Assembly: GCA_040285855.1 (NCBI GenBank)
Contig: JAUFOQ010000001.1
Location: 1,488,001-1,552,000, forward strand
From: Eukaryota sp. GEM-RC1
Taxonomy: Eukaryota
DNA: 64,000 nucleotides
Direction: 5' to 3'
The notes below the pieces were generated by a model, which saw nothing but the letters and a program-made list of their open reading frames with translations, ran no database searches and was not told the DNA's origin. Position numbers and translations under genes: made by a program. Of this stretch, positions 23,308-34,604 are shown one piece after another (position 1 is the stretch's first letter; the number at the start of each line of letters is the position of its first letter).

Positions 23308-26300
23308 ATGGAATGCTTCGTTTGTTGTAAGCCTTTCAATCAGGGCTGTCTAAAAATTAATTTCCCCGTAAATTAATTTTTAATTTTGGTTCCATAAAAT
23401 ACCGTAAATTGAGACTTATGGAAATTAATTTACGGAACTTGATCATTACGGAAATTAATTTACGGTTTTAAATTATTACGGAAATTAATTTACGGAACTT
23501 GAACATTACGGAAATTAATTTACGGTTTCAGATTATTACGGAAATTAATTTACGGAACTTGAACATTACGGAAATTAATTTACGGTTTCAGAGTATTACG
23601 GAAATTAATTTACGGAACTTGAACATTACGGAAATTAATTTACGGAACGTATTACCAATAAAATCAATACACATCAAAATCAATCTCAAATATTTAATTG
23701 AAGCAGAAATGGATGTGTTTTACAATACAAGCAATGCCGTAAAAGCTGAAAGTCTGTCAATCTATCAGATCAGTGGGAAGTCGATTAGTCGTAGATTCAG
23801 GAGAGAGTGCAACATGCGTTTGACATTGTGTTTGAAGTTTCTAACATGAAACCCGTTGTGCTAAGCAGAAAGATCAAGTTTCAAGTGATTACCATCGGAT
23901 AGCTGCAAGATGAAAGGACACGTTACAGTGTTTGAGCATACGTATTAAGGAAAGTATGGAAACACAAATCACAAGTTCCAATTTTGTCCAGCTCTGTAGA
24001 CTAGATAATTATTGTTTGATAGTAAGATGTATTGAAAATTTGGTTATTGAAATTACAGTATTCATGCGCCTCCAGGACGTCATTTATGGCTTTCTGATAA
24101 ATTACGGAAATTAATTTACGGTTTTGAATTGTTACGGAAATTAATTTATGGCTAAATCTTATTACGGAAATTAATTTACGGTTTTGAATTGTTACGGAAA
24201 TTAATTTATGGCTAAATCTTATTACGGAAATTAATTTACGGTTTTGAATTGTTACGGAAATTAATTTATGGCTAAATCTTATTACGGAAATTAATTTACG
24301 GTTTTGAATTGTTACGGAAATTAATTTATGGTTTAGTCTCATCGCAAAATTAATTTACGGTTCAATTTTTAGACAGCCCTGCTTTCAATCTCTCTGATCG
24401 CCTTCCGCTACTAATCTGTAGTGCTGGCCACACTGTGTGTTCTGAATGCTCAGTTCAACTTAATAAATGTCCTCTTTGTTCCACGAACTGTCTAGAAGAG
24501 CGAAAGGTCAACATTGCGTTGAGAGATCTTGTCCAGGCTTCTCGTAATGGCGATCTCTGCCCTAAAATCCCTTCTGACGAGATCGACCTTGGAGAAAGGA
24601 TTGCGGAAGGAGGTTGTGCTGTTGTATACGATGCTACATGGTTCGATCTCCCCGTTGCCGTCAAAATGGTGTCTCTAAAGAAGAGAGGAAAGCTCAAACT
24701 TCAACAAGAACTGAATCTCCTGATCAATCTCAACCATCCGTCCATACTCCGTGTCTTTGGAATCTCCTACTTCCAAGATGACGTTGGTATTGTAATGGAA
24801 AAAGCTTCTTCTTCCCTCCCCTCCCCAAACTCTCTCACGTCATCAACTTTGAGATACGCCAAGGAGCTGTGCCAAGCTGTTAAATTCCTCCACCTAAAGT
24901 CTGTAGTTCATGGAGTTCTGAAACCAGCAAACATTCTCCTTGTCAATGATCTCGTTAGAGTTGCTGATTTTGGTACCTCTAAAAACCTTTCTGCTACAAC
25001 GCTTATAACTAGATCAAATGCCATGACCCCAAAGTATGCTGCTCCTGAGCAGTTTGATTCAGATCCTAGTCATGCTAGTGATATTTATTCACTTGGAATA
25101 GTTTTATATGAAGTTCTTACTGGGCAAGAAGCCTTTGAAGAATATCCAATAATACAGATTTACGGAGCCAAAATGAGTGGTAAACCATTGCCTTTCGACA
25201 AACCAACACCAACGTGTTTAAAGGAATTAATTAAGAAATGTATGAACCCAGATCCTTTATTAAGACCAAAAATTAATGAAATAATTGACATTTTGAATAA
25301 TGTTGAAGTTTTGGAAGCTGTCCGTGGTGATTTGAACCAATCTCTTTTGATTGCAAACAATGATATTTCTTCAAAAGCTAGAAATGAGAATCTTATCGGA
25401 GAAAATTTAAAATTGGAACATGAACTCAGCAAAATTCATGAACAAAACGAATCTTTAAAAGATGAGATTTTAAAATGTACACATCAGATTCAAAACAGTT
25501 CTATCTTGAAAGACAAGTTTCATCAAAAAGAACACTGTTTAAACAAGACCATTGATGAATTACGTACTGAACTTCTTTCCGTGAAAAAAGCAAACTCTGA
25601 CATGGAAACGTCGAACTCTGATTTGTCTTTGGAAATTCAAACTTTGAAAGCAAAACTCTCACAGGTTGTTGATGACAATTCCCGATTGGATGAAGAAAAC
25701 GAATCTCTGAAACAAAATTTGAAATTTGTACAAGAAAATCAGAGCATTTCAAAACTGAAAAGAAGTTTCAGGAAAAGAAAGCACTTTAAATCGAGAAATA
25801 GACAATTTTCGAACTGTATGCATTTCTTTAAAAGACGAAAACTCTTGCGTAAAGGGGGAGAACTCAGATTTATCCATGAAAGTTTCCACTTTAATATCAG
25901 AAAATGCTACTTTAAAAGAACAACACTTACAGATTGTTCAGGATTTACGACGGGAACATGAAGGATTAAGAACAAATTTACAGAGGGACAACTCGGAATT
26001 AACTACAAGGGTTTTTGCTTTATCATCTGAAATCCAGAAACTCAAAGCAGAACACTCCCAAGTTGTTAATGAAAATTCTCGTTTAAAAACTTTGAATTCT
26101 AAAATTGTTTGTGACAACACAAGAAAAATTGTAAAATTGAAACAGACTACTAGAGATATTCAATCAATTCCTCAATCAAAAATAATTAAATTCTCTCAAA
26201 CTATCAAACATTCTGAATTACACGTTAGTTGGGATAGAAAGAGGGTTGACGTAGAAGGTCTTGACTGGGTAAACGGAAATATATCGGGAGAAGATCCACT

Positions 26301-26655
26301 TCTTCCAGGTCATCATTATACTTGGAAGATGAGGTACCAGGGGGGTACTGATAGTCTTTACGTTGGAGTCATTGACGGGTCTAAGTTTAAGGTTCAAGGT
26401 AGTTGTTGGGAGAATGCTCACTGTTTTGCTAACGGAACGTCCATTAATGGTTGTCTCTCAGGAAACAGATCTCCGTGGATTCCTGGTGAATTACTCGAAA
26501 TCAATGTAAATCTAGTTACTTACACTTTAACAATCAAATCCATGAGTAATTCTTCAATTAATCTTACTGGAACTCTTCCCAGATTAAGTAGTTATAATTA
26601 TTATCCATACGCTTTTTTATATTACGGTGATCATGTACTTGAAATCGTTGAATAA
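23308..26655 (+). pseudogene. RING - protein kinase (TKL-like) - coiled-coil - SPRY fusion gene, interrupted by a MITE
   Basis: Removing 23341-24389 restores MECFVCCKPFNLSDRLPLLICSAGHTVCSECSVQLNKCPLC (RING). Kinase motifs IAEGGCAVVY, VAVK, HGVLKPAN (catalytic D replaced by V), DFG and APE. Long coil with frameshift(s) at ~25.76-25.88 kb. SPRY cassette ~26170-26655. Confidence 0.88.
23341..24381. mobile_element. hAT-type non-autonomous element (1041 bp) with 30-bp subterminal repeat arrays
   Basis: Perfect 18-bp TIR CAGGGCTGTCTAAAAATT. Perfect 8-bp TSD CTTTCAAT (23333-23340, 24382-24389). Arrays of TTACGGAAATTAATTTA(C/T)GG at ~23415-23650 and ~24100-24360. Confidence 0.96.
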
Positions 26656-27019
26656 AGTTGATAACATTGTCATTGTGGGTAAGGCTTATTGTGTTGAAGT
26701 AGTGGTTTAAATTAATTTAACAGTGCTGAAGCAAATTCAAGTAGAAGACACAAACAAGTACTATAATAAAGTCATTTAAGTCTCTACTAGAAAGTGGTTT
26801 TATCAGTACCAGGTCATCAAGATGGTATACCTAAATACTGAGAGTGTTTTAAAAGAGGAACATATGACAACACTTTGACAAGATGTCATGAAACCATGTG
26901 GAACCATGTGATTAAACAGTCGCATACAATGTACATTAGTTGAATAAGAATGGGAGGAGTTGATGTGAAAGAATTCGAACCATTTTGCAACAAATATTTG
27001 ACTGATGAAGCCTCTCGAT

Positions 27020-27744
27020 CATACTTGTTGATAACAATAACAGTGTGATATCAAGTGTTTGTGATAATCTGTTGTAACAAACCTGACAAATTAAACGAGT
27101 AAATTACAACCAATAAAGGGTTTGTAGAGGTACTGGCATCTCCTTTGTTAATATTGATGATGATCTTGATTTGTATGAATAAATAAATGGCGTTTTTTAC
27201 CAATATACAGTATTCATGTAGGATCACTTGTTTATTATCGAAACTGTACTTTTCAGTTAACTCAATATCATCTACCACAACCAAGTTAGACTGACCACCA
27301 AACAACACAAACAATATCACCTCATGATGAAAATATTCATGCAGAATCAGTTTGACGGATATTCCTCAAAAAAATCACGAAAAGTTGAAGGAGAAGACAG
27401 AAACCGAAAAAGAGTTTGATGCCACAGTTGGGACTACTTGAAGAGATTGACTTTGAATAGATAATTGATCACAAGTACATTGTGCGCGCAGAACACATGA
27501 GGATAACTAAGTACGGGCTTCAGTGATCACCCACTGATGAATTGCTAAAGTTTGTTTAGATTTTTGTGAATTTTTAAACAAAGTGCTTAACAGCAGTGTT
27601 GGTATTTCATAAACGGTTATCACCCATGACCTTTGTTATAACATGAGATAGTATGTTATCAGTGATAACTTATCACATTTTGTTGTTGTGATTATGTGAT
27701 AACGTGTGATCACAAATGGTAGTTGGTTGTTATCAACAAGTATG
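27020..27744. mobile_element. MITE (725 bp)
   Basis: Perfect 18-bp TIR CATACTTGTTGATAACAA. Degenerate 8-bp TSD CTCTCGAT/CTCTAGAA. Internal GATAAC/TGTGAT motifs. Confidence 0.85.
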
Positions 27745-28658
27745 CTCTAGAATTTTGTTGTTCAAGAGTTCTTAACTGTTTATAATCACTTCTTCGATTT
27801 CGGTTGAATAAATCAGTATGTATTCAGTTATTGGTGTGTTTGAGCACAGTGGAAAAGAAATGTTAATCCATCTAGTTTAAGCAGTATGTACTGATATGAT
27901 GACAACTAATGTTACCTACAAGTTATAACTGAATAAAACACGTGAAGGTTAGAAAGACCGGGTCAAGGTCGTCAAATGAATTGAACTGACCTTTTAACAA
28001 TCCCAATTTCTTCTGTGATATTTGGAAATCAAACAAATTCTGAAACTAAGTTATAGTTCTTCAATTGTTTGTGAATGTATAAAACCCCGGACAACATGTT
28101 AAGTCTGGATATAACTTTTTTAAAAGTGATGAAATGATAGATCTCCAAAAATTTATTCAAACCGTAACACAGAAGAGACTCTCAAAATACAATGAAGCCA
28201 ATTTTTACAACGTTCAGAAGTGATACTAGAAAGATTTACACCTTGAAGGACATCAGAGCTTCAAAAGAGAAGACATGAAAGAAAGAAGTGAAGTATCAGC
28301 AGATACGTAAATGGTGTGTGGTTCAAGAAAATGTTTTATTGCGAGACATTGACAGTCTAGAAAACCTGGACTCACATGGCCAACTTTTTCAATGAATACT
28401 GGTATTCAATTAGGAAGAGAATTGTGAAACCGACAATGACCCTCACTACGATAGGACTAAAGAAGGCGTCGAAGCGGGTGAGAATGAATCAAAGCAATTA
28501 AAGATTGTGGAAGCGGGGTAGACTTGGTAGACGTAAGAGGTATCAACAGTTCCGCACTTGTAGATAATTGTTGCTGTATTAGTCGCTTACGTCACAGGGA
28601 TAACACCCTGAAGCTCCGTTCTAATAGAAGTTTGTCAGAAGTAACAATCTAGGATTAT

Positions 28659-30131
28659 TTAAAATTCTCTTTATTAAAAACATTAAAATAAACACAAATA
28701 CTAGAATTCAATATCATTAAAGCAACAATCATTGCCATTAAAACTCACATCAGCTTTTTTCTTCATAAAAAACACTGAGAGCTAATAGAGCTTTTGAAAT
28801 CATGATAGGAATTGTTTTAAATATTGTAAAAACAATACGATTCAACCAAAATTTGAAATCAAATTTCTTGTTCATTCTTTTTTTGACCACTTTCTCAAAA
28901 TCAGAGAGAAAACAAAGAGCATCTCTACCAAGTCGACCATAAATTGAAATTGCAAAAGGACATAATTTGTACTCAACATGTCTAATATGTTTGAGAGCAG
29001 TCAGTGGTTCATCATATTTGTTTTTCTTGTATTGTTCTGAAGAATTCAGTGGAGAAACTTCATTTTTAGCATCCTTGAATGCACTTTTTTTGCAAACATC
29101 CACAGTAATCACATCAACAACGGTTAGTTCATCATTAACTGATGGAACTATAACATCAGCTCTTCGTTTACCAAAAGTCTTATCAGAATCACTATTTTTT
29201 GAATTATTGATTTCCAGTGATCTCAACAGTGGCTCAACGAAAGATTCGATTTTGTAGGACTTACACATTGCATGAATTTGATCTCTAACAGCATCATGAA
29301 TACAAGTTCTATAAGTAATGAAACGATTGCAACTCAAAAGGTGAGAAAAAGTAACTAATTTACCACATTTGCATTGAAGATCATTGGGTAAATTAGAGGG
29401 CCACAAGAAACATCGAAGTCTGAATGTTGTAGTCCATTGATGATCATTCAACAACAAACCATAAATCTGAGGAATTTGGTTAATCAAAGCAACTGAAGAA
29501 CTGTCCTTTAAATCGATTAAAAAATTTGCGAAAGCTGGATTTTTTTCTTTGGCCGAGCCAAGTCGAATTTTAAAATCCAGACATTCAAAATGTTTTAAAA
29601 GGTGTTTTTGGAGTTTCTTAAGAGCAAATTTTAACGAGGTGACACATCGTTCTGGAATTTCACAAATATCTGCTGGAAAACAAGTTTGCCAGAGGTCAGG
29701 TGAAATTAGTGACAATTCTGATCTCAAATTTACCAAGAAAAAACTACTTGTCGAAACAAGAAGATTTTCTTGACTTGGGTACCGTCTACAGAACTCAAAG
29801 ACAAAATTCTTACCACCACCAATGAAAGCAGATTTGGTCCACCATTTAGACGAAGTGAAACCAATACCACCAAGATGAGGATCTGAGAAGATGTGATTGT
29901 TCAAAGCAGCAGGATCCACTGATAACAAAAATGCAAGAAAGTCAGTACGAATTTTGTTAAAGCTTCTACAGAAGTTATAGGTAAGTACAGGGGGGAGAGA
30001 TCGAAGCAGATGGGTAACTTTTCCTGAATAACAAATTTTTAGCATAAAGAATTTGAGATGTTTTTCCAATTGTAATTCCTTAATTTGATCTAATTCTTTT
30101 CGCATTGAATCCAAATATACATTCAGATCTT
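28659..30131 (-). mobile_element. 5'-truncated non-LTR retrotransposon with restriction-like endonuclease (RLE type, CRE/R2-like group)
   Basis: 17-bp TSD TAACAATCTAGGATTAT (28642-28658, 30132-30148). ORF 28750-30114 has an RT-thumb-like region (HLLRSLPP...PHLGGIGF), a CCHC knuckle CKCGKLVTFSHLLSC, and RLE motifs HDAVRD...EP...RADVIV...VDV...E..KK.KY. Confidence 0.92.
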
Positions 30132-30183
30132 TAACAATCTAGGATTATAGAAGTGCAAAAGTTTCAATCAAATCTTTTCTCTC

Positions 30184-30948
30184 ATGGAATCAACATCAAT
30201 TGTGTTTCTTCTCGATCGTTCTGGGTCAATGCATGACATTGTTGACGACGTTATTGGAGGTTTTAACTCAACATTAGAAGAACAGAAGAAAGTTCCCTTT
30301 GGAAGCTGCTTCCTAACCACAGTTTTGTTTGATAACATGTATGAAGTTCTACATGATCAAGTGGACATTCATGCTGTTCCTCCTCTTTCTCGCTCAGAGT
30401 TCGTTCCACGAGGCTCAACTGCATTGCTCGATGCCATTGGTCGTGCAATTTCTGCAGTAGAAAGCCAAGTTTCCAATACTCCCTCCAATGTTGTATTTGT
30501 GATCTTCACTGATGGGAAAGAAAACGCCTCTCGTGAGTTTACTGCTGAGCAAATAAGGAAGTTGGTTCGTCAAAAGGAAGATGAATGTCAGTGGAAGTTT
30601 CTTTTCTTAGGAGCTAACATTGACTCTTTCTCTGAAGCTTCAAAGATTGGTTTCAGTGCCAATAGAGTTGCCAACTTCTCAAAGAGAGACCAAGGTTCTC
30701 TCCACGCTCAGTCTGCAGTCTCCCAGTACGTAACCCAGACACGAACTCCCAAGTATAGCTCCGTATCAGAGGAAGAACCTGTGTTATCTGCTCTAGTGGA
30801 TGAGCAAAGTAGTAGGAGCGTTGCCCAACCTATGCCCTCCAAAGTCTCGACTTCTCGCAGAAATAATCCATATGCGAGAACTTTTCAACAACCTACTGGT
30901 GATGACGTGGATTATCCATTTAAGAACTTGAGTGTTAAGCCTAAGTAG
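30184..30948 (+). CDS. von Willebrand factor A (MIDAS) domain protein with low-complexity tail
   Basis: IVFLLDRSGSM (DxSxS), GSTALLDAIG, VIFTDGKENAS, WKFLFLGAN. Intact ORF. Confidence 0.9.
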   Translation: MESTSIVFLLDRSGSMHDIVDDVIGGFNSTLEEQKKVPFGSCFLTTVLFDNMYEVLHDQVDIHAVPPLSRSEFVPRGSTALLDAIGRAISAVESQVSNTPSNVVFVIFTDGKENASREFTAEQIRKLVRQKEDECQWKFLFLGANIDSFSEASKIGFSANRVANFSKRDQGSLHAQSAVSQYVTQTRTPKYSSVSEEEPVLSALVDEQSSRSVAQPMPSKVSTSRRNNPYARTFQQPTGDDVDYPFKNLSVKPK

Positions 30949-31814
30949 CATTCACGATGCTTATTTCGTCAGTTTTTTCTGTATGTTAGGTCACAACTAA
31001 ATGTATATTTTCAGATGATTTTAAAAATAGGATTTCAAATATTCTGATAACAGTTGATGTCTTGTCAAATTGCAGTTTAAAACAACAGCCTTTTACACAC
31101 ATTTAACTGAAGGCCTTCTATCTGATCATCTTAGACCCTGTCGTATAAATCAAACTTGTTATTTCAAAAATATGTTTTGAAGAAGTTTTCAATATGGCGG
31201 GGTCTCGTTGAAGACATAACGAAGTGAGAATCATTACTTAAAGCATTGTTAGTTTATAGAAATTAATGTTGACTATCAGGTGTTGTAGAACAATAAGAAA
31301 AAGATTTCAAGAAAAAGAAAGACAATTCTACTCTATTATATGATACAATAGATAACATTTATATCTAACCCTCATTATAGCACAACCCTGCAAAAAAGTG
31401 TAGCTGTATTATATCTCAAGCATAATCGCTAAATACATTACAAAATTCGTGCTTGCAGCTCGTCTGATTGAATGAATCAGTTTAACAATACAATGTTTTG
31501 AAAGGGTTATTGAATCCAGAGACCAGTAGCGATCGAAGAGTAATTGTACTAAGACGGCACATTTGCAAAAGAACGGTTTCAAATTAGAGCAAAGAGATCC
31601 CAGTCGATGGTACACGTGATAGTTTACAACGATGGGTGATTAATCTATGTTTTTTCCCAATTTAGCACCAACAAAAATGTTGTCTCCGATAGCTTGTCGA
31701 GCTGTCGAGACCATTTGATCAATAAACATACATATGCTTTAGTGTTCGAGAAACATTCTAGATTTCATTGCAACACATCTGATGGATTGAAATTCCATCT
31801 TTCATCATAAACCA

Positions 31815-34406
31815 ATGTCTGACGAAGTTCCTGCTTGGAAACGTGCTCTACAACAGAAGAGACAACAAAGTACTATAACTCCACCTACTCAAAATGCTTC
31901 TCCAACAAACTCAAACATATCGTCTTCAATTGCTGCAAGAATCGCTTCTCTAAACAATCCCAACAATTCAGCTCCCCCTTCTCCTGCTCAATCATCTACT
32001 CTAAAACCAAGTCAAACCTCAACCAACATCAGCTCAACAAAATCTTCCAGAACCTTCTCATCTACCATTCCCTCCACAGTCCTCAGCGGTTCCCACACAG
32101 TCTCTACATCAGCTGAAGACGGCATGAGTCGACTCATTCTCGCTGTCAACAAAGTCCAAGACGCTTTCGCTAAAGTTGATATCCCCCCGGTTGATCTCCC
32201 TCAAATAGCTGTCGTTGGATGTCAATCGAGTGGTAAGTCCTCTGTCCTTGAAGCCATCGTTGGAAGAGACTTTCTACCAAGAGGTTCTGGTATAGTTACA
32301 AGAAGACCGCTGGTTCTCCAGTTAATTAGAGATCCTTCGGCTATTGAGGATTATGGAATCTTCCATCATTTGCCAGATCAAAAGATTTTTGATTTTTCAG
32401 CAATTGAACGTGAGATTTCGGATGAAACTGACCGTTTGTTGGGTAAAACTACTAAGAATATCTCGTCACGACCTATCAACTTAAAGGTATTCTCAGCAAA
32501 TGCTCTCGATCTTACTGTTATTGATCTCCCCGGACTCACAAAAGTATGAATTTTTTAAAATATCCACTTACTTCAGATTGCTATCGGTGGCCAAGACAAA
32601 GACATTGCCAAAGAGATCCGTAACATGGTCATGCACTTCATCTCCAAGCCAAACTGCATCATCCTTGCAGTCTCCCCTGCTAACTCTGATCTTGCTAACT
32701 CAGATTCCCTTGAAATAGCCAAAGAAGTAGATCCTGAAGGAAAGAGAACTATTGGAGTGCTAACCAAGCTAGATTTAATGGATGATGGAACTGATGCTTT
32801 GGAGATTTTAGACGGTAAGGTCTACCCAATGAAGTTCATTGGTGTTGTTAATAGATCTCAAAAGGATATCAATGCTAAGAAAGACTTGTCAGCAGCGAGA
32901 GCGGATGAACGGAGGTTCTTTGAAACTCATGATTCCTACTCTGGGATAGCTTCTAGGATGGGGACTGAGTACTTAGCTAAGAAGTTGAATTCTGCCTTGA
33001 TTAGTCATATTAAGAGTTGTTTACCTCAGATTAGGAGAGCTGTGGCTCAGAAGCTGGATCAATCAGAAAAGGAACTTTCCACTTTCGGAGCTGATGATTC
33101 TGATTACTCACGTAGACAAACTGCCTTTGGTATGCTCCAGTCCTTTTGTAGAAGTTTCTGTAGTACTCTAATTGGCTCAAGCTCTCAAGAACTAGACTCA
33201 GTTAAGAGTGGTCCTCATAAGTTCGAGTCAGAGCTACTGGGAGGAGCCAAGATCAAGAAGATCTTCTCTGACATGTTGAAGGAAGATATTCGCCAGGCTT
33301 CTATTGAGGGTAGACTGTCTGATGATCAGATTCGTAAGTACTTGTTGAACTCTACTGGTACTAACAGTGTTTTAAACATCCCTGAGAGTGCCTTCTGTGG
33401 TCCCATCAAAGTCTGCATTTCACAACTTGTCCCTCCTTGTATCCAATGTGTACAACGAACTCACGATGAGCTCATTAGTCAAGTCTCAATCACTGCTGAT
33501 AGAATTCCTGAACTGAGTGCTTTTAGCAACTTGAAGGTCAAGCTGATTGATACCTGTGTTGAGATGATTAACTCGTTTTTAGATACTACTATTCAGTTTA
33601 TTGAAAAGTTAGTTGAGTGTGAAATGTCTTATATTACGCTTAATTCTTTGAGAGAGAAAACTGCAGCCCTGAAGAGTAACTCGTATACTCTTTTGGAAGG
33701 GTTTTTGAAGAAGAAAAGTGGAGCGCGGATTTCAAAGATTCTGCATCGTAAAAAGATTGTTTTTGAGCGTCGCTGGTTTGTTTTGAAGTCAAATACTTTG
33801 TTTTATTTTAACGATCCTGAAAGTGTTTCTCCTAATGGTGTTGTTCCCCTTGATGGTTGTGTTGTTCGAACAGCAACTGAAGTGGCTCTCAATAGACTTA
33901 CTGAAGAGCAAATGGAAGATCCGGAAAAGAGAAGTGAAATAGTTGAGCAGACAGTGGCTGAGCTAGGTGAACACTACATTATCGTCGCTCATCGTCATCC
34001 TGATAAAGTCATTTGCCATGGACGAAACACCTTTGAAATGCAAGCTGAGTCAGCAGAAGATTTTGATGTGTGGGTTGATGCTTTGAGGAAAGCTTGTAGA
34101 AGCAATGAAGCGGATGAAGAGAGTGACATTGAGATCATTAGAACAACTGTTTGTTCGTATGTTGATGATGTTGTTAAGCTTGTTTCATCTCAAGTTCCAA
34201 AGGGAATCATGTATTGCTTGGTTAATCCTGTCAAGACTTTAATGGAGAGGGAACTCATGGCTACTATTTATGACCAAGAGTTGTTGGATGAGTTGTTGTA
34301 TGAAGATCCCGGGGTAAGAGAACAGAGACAGGGGGTTAGGCAGATGGTGGCAATGTTGAGGGAAGCAACTGCTGCTTTGAAGGAGATTACGGATTTAAAG
34401 TTGTAG
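31815..34406 (+). CDS. Dynamin-family GTPase with PH domain (exons 31815-32543, 32577-34406)
   Basis: G1 [25 protein letters not shown]3 DLPGLTK, G4 TKLD, then a middle domain, a PH domain (EGFLKKK...RRWFVLK...LFYF...WVDAL) and a GED ([11 protein letters not shown]...LLYEDP). Confidence 0.95.
32544..32576 (+). other. 33-nt spliceosomal intron in the dynamin gene
   Basis: GTATGAATTTTTTAAAATATCCACTTACTTCAG contains an in-frame TGA. Its removal gives the expected [17 protein letters not shown]. Confidence 0.9.
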
Positions 34407-34604
34407 ATAAATAGTTGTGTAAATTGTTTAATGTAGAATAACATTATTTTATTGTTTGTTTTATGTTGAGTGGGGCAAAACTGTTTTTACACAACATAGT
34501 GAATTCGGAAAATGACAAATAGCATTGGTTCTCCACAAACATATTAAAACAAAAAAATATATCGTCGCCTTGACAAGTTGAGTAATAAATTTACTCAAAC
34601 TTGT

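Noticed and set aside
23415..24360. CRISPR-like arrays (21-bp core plus 9-bp 'spacers')
   Set aside because: The spacers are tiny and recur in alternation, there are no cas genes, and the arrays lie inside a TIR/TSD-bounded element. They are subterminal transposon repeats, and ORFs 23499-23849 and 24001-24342 are by-products.
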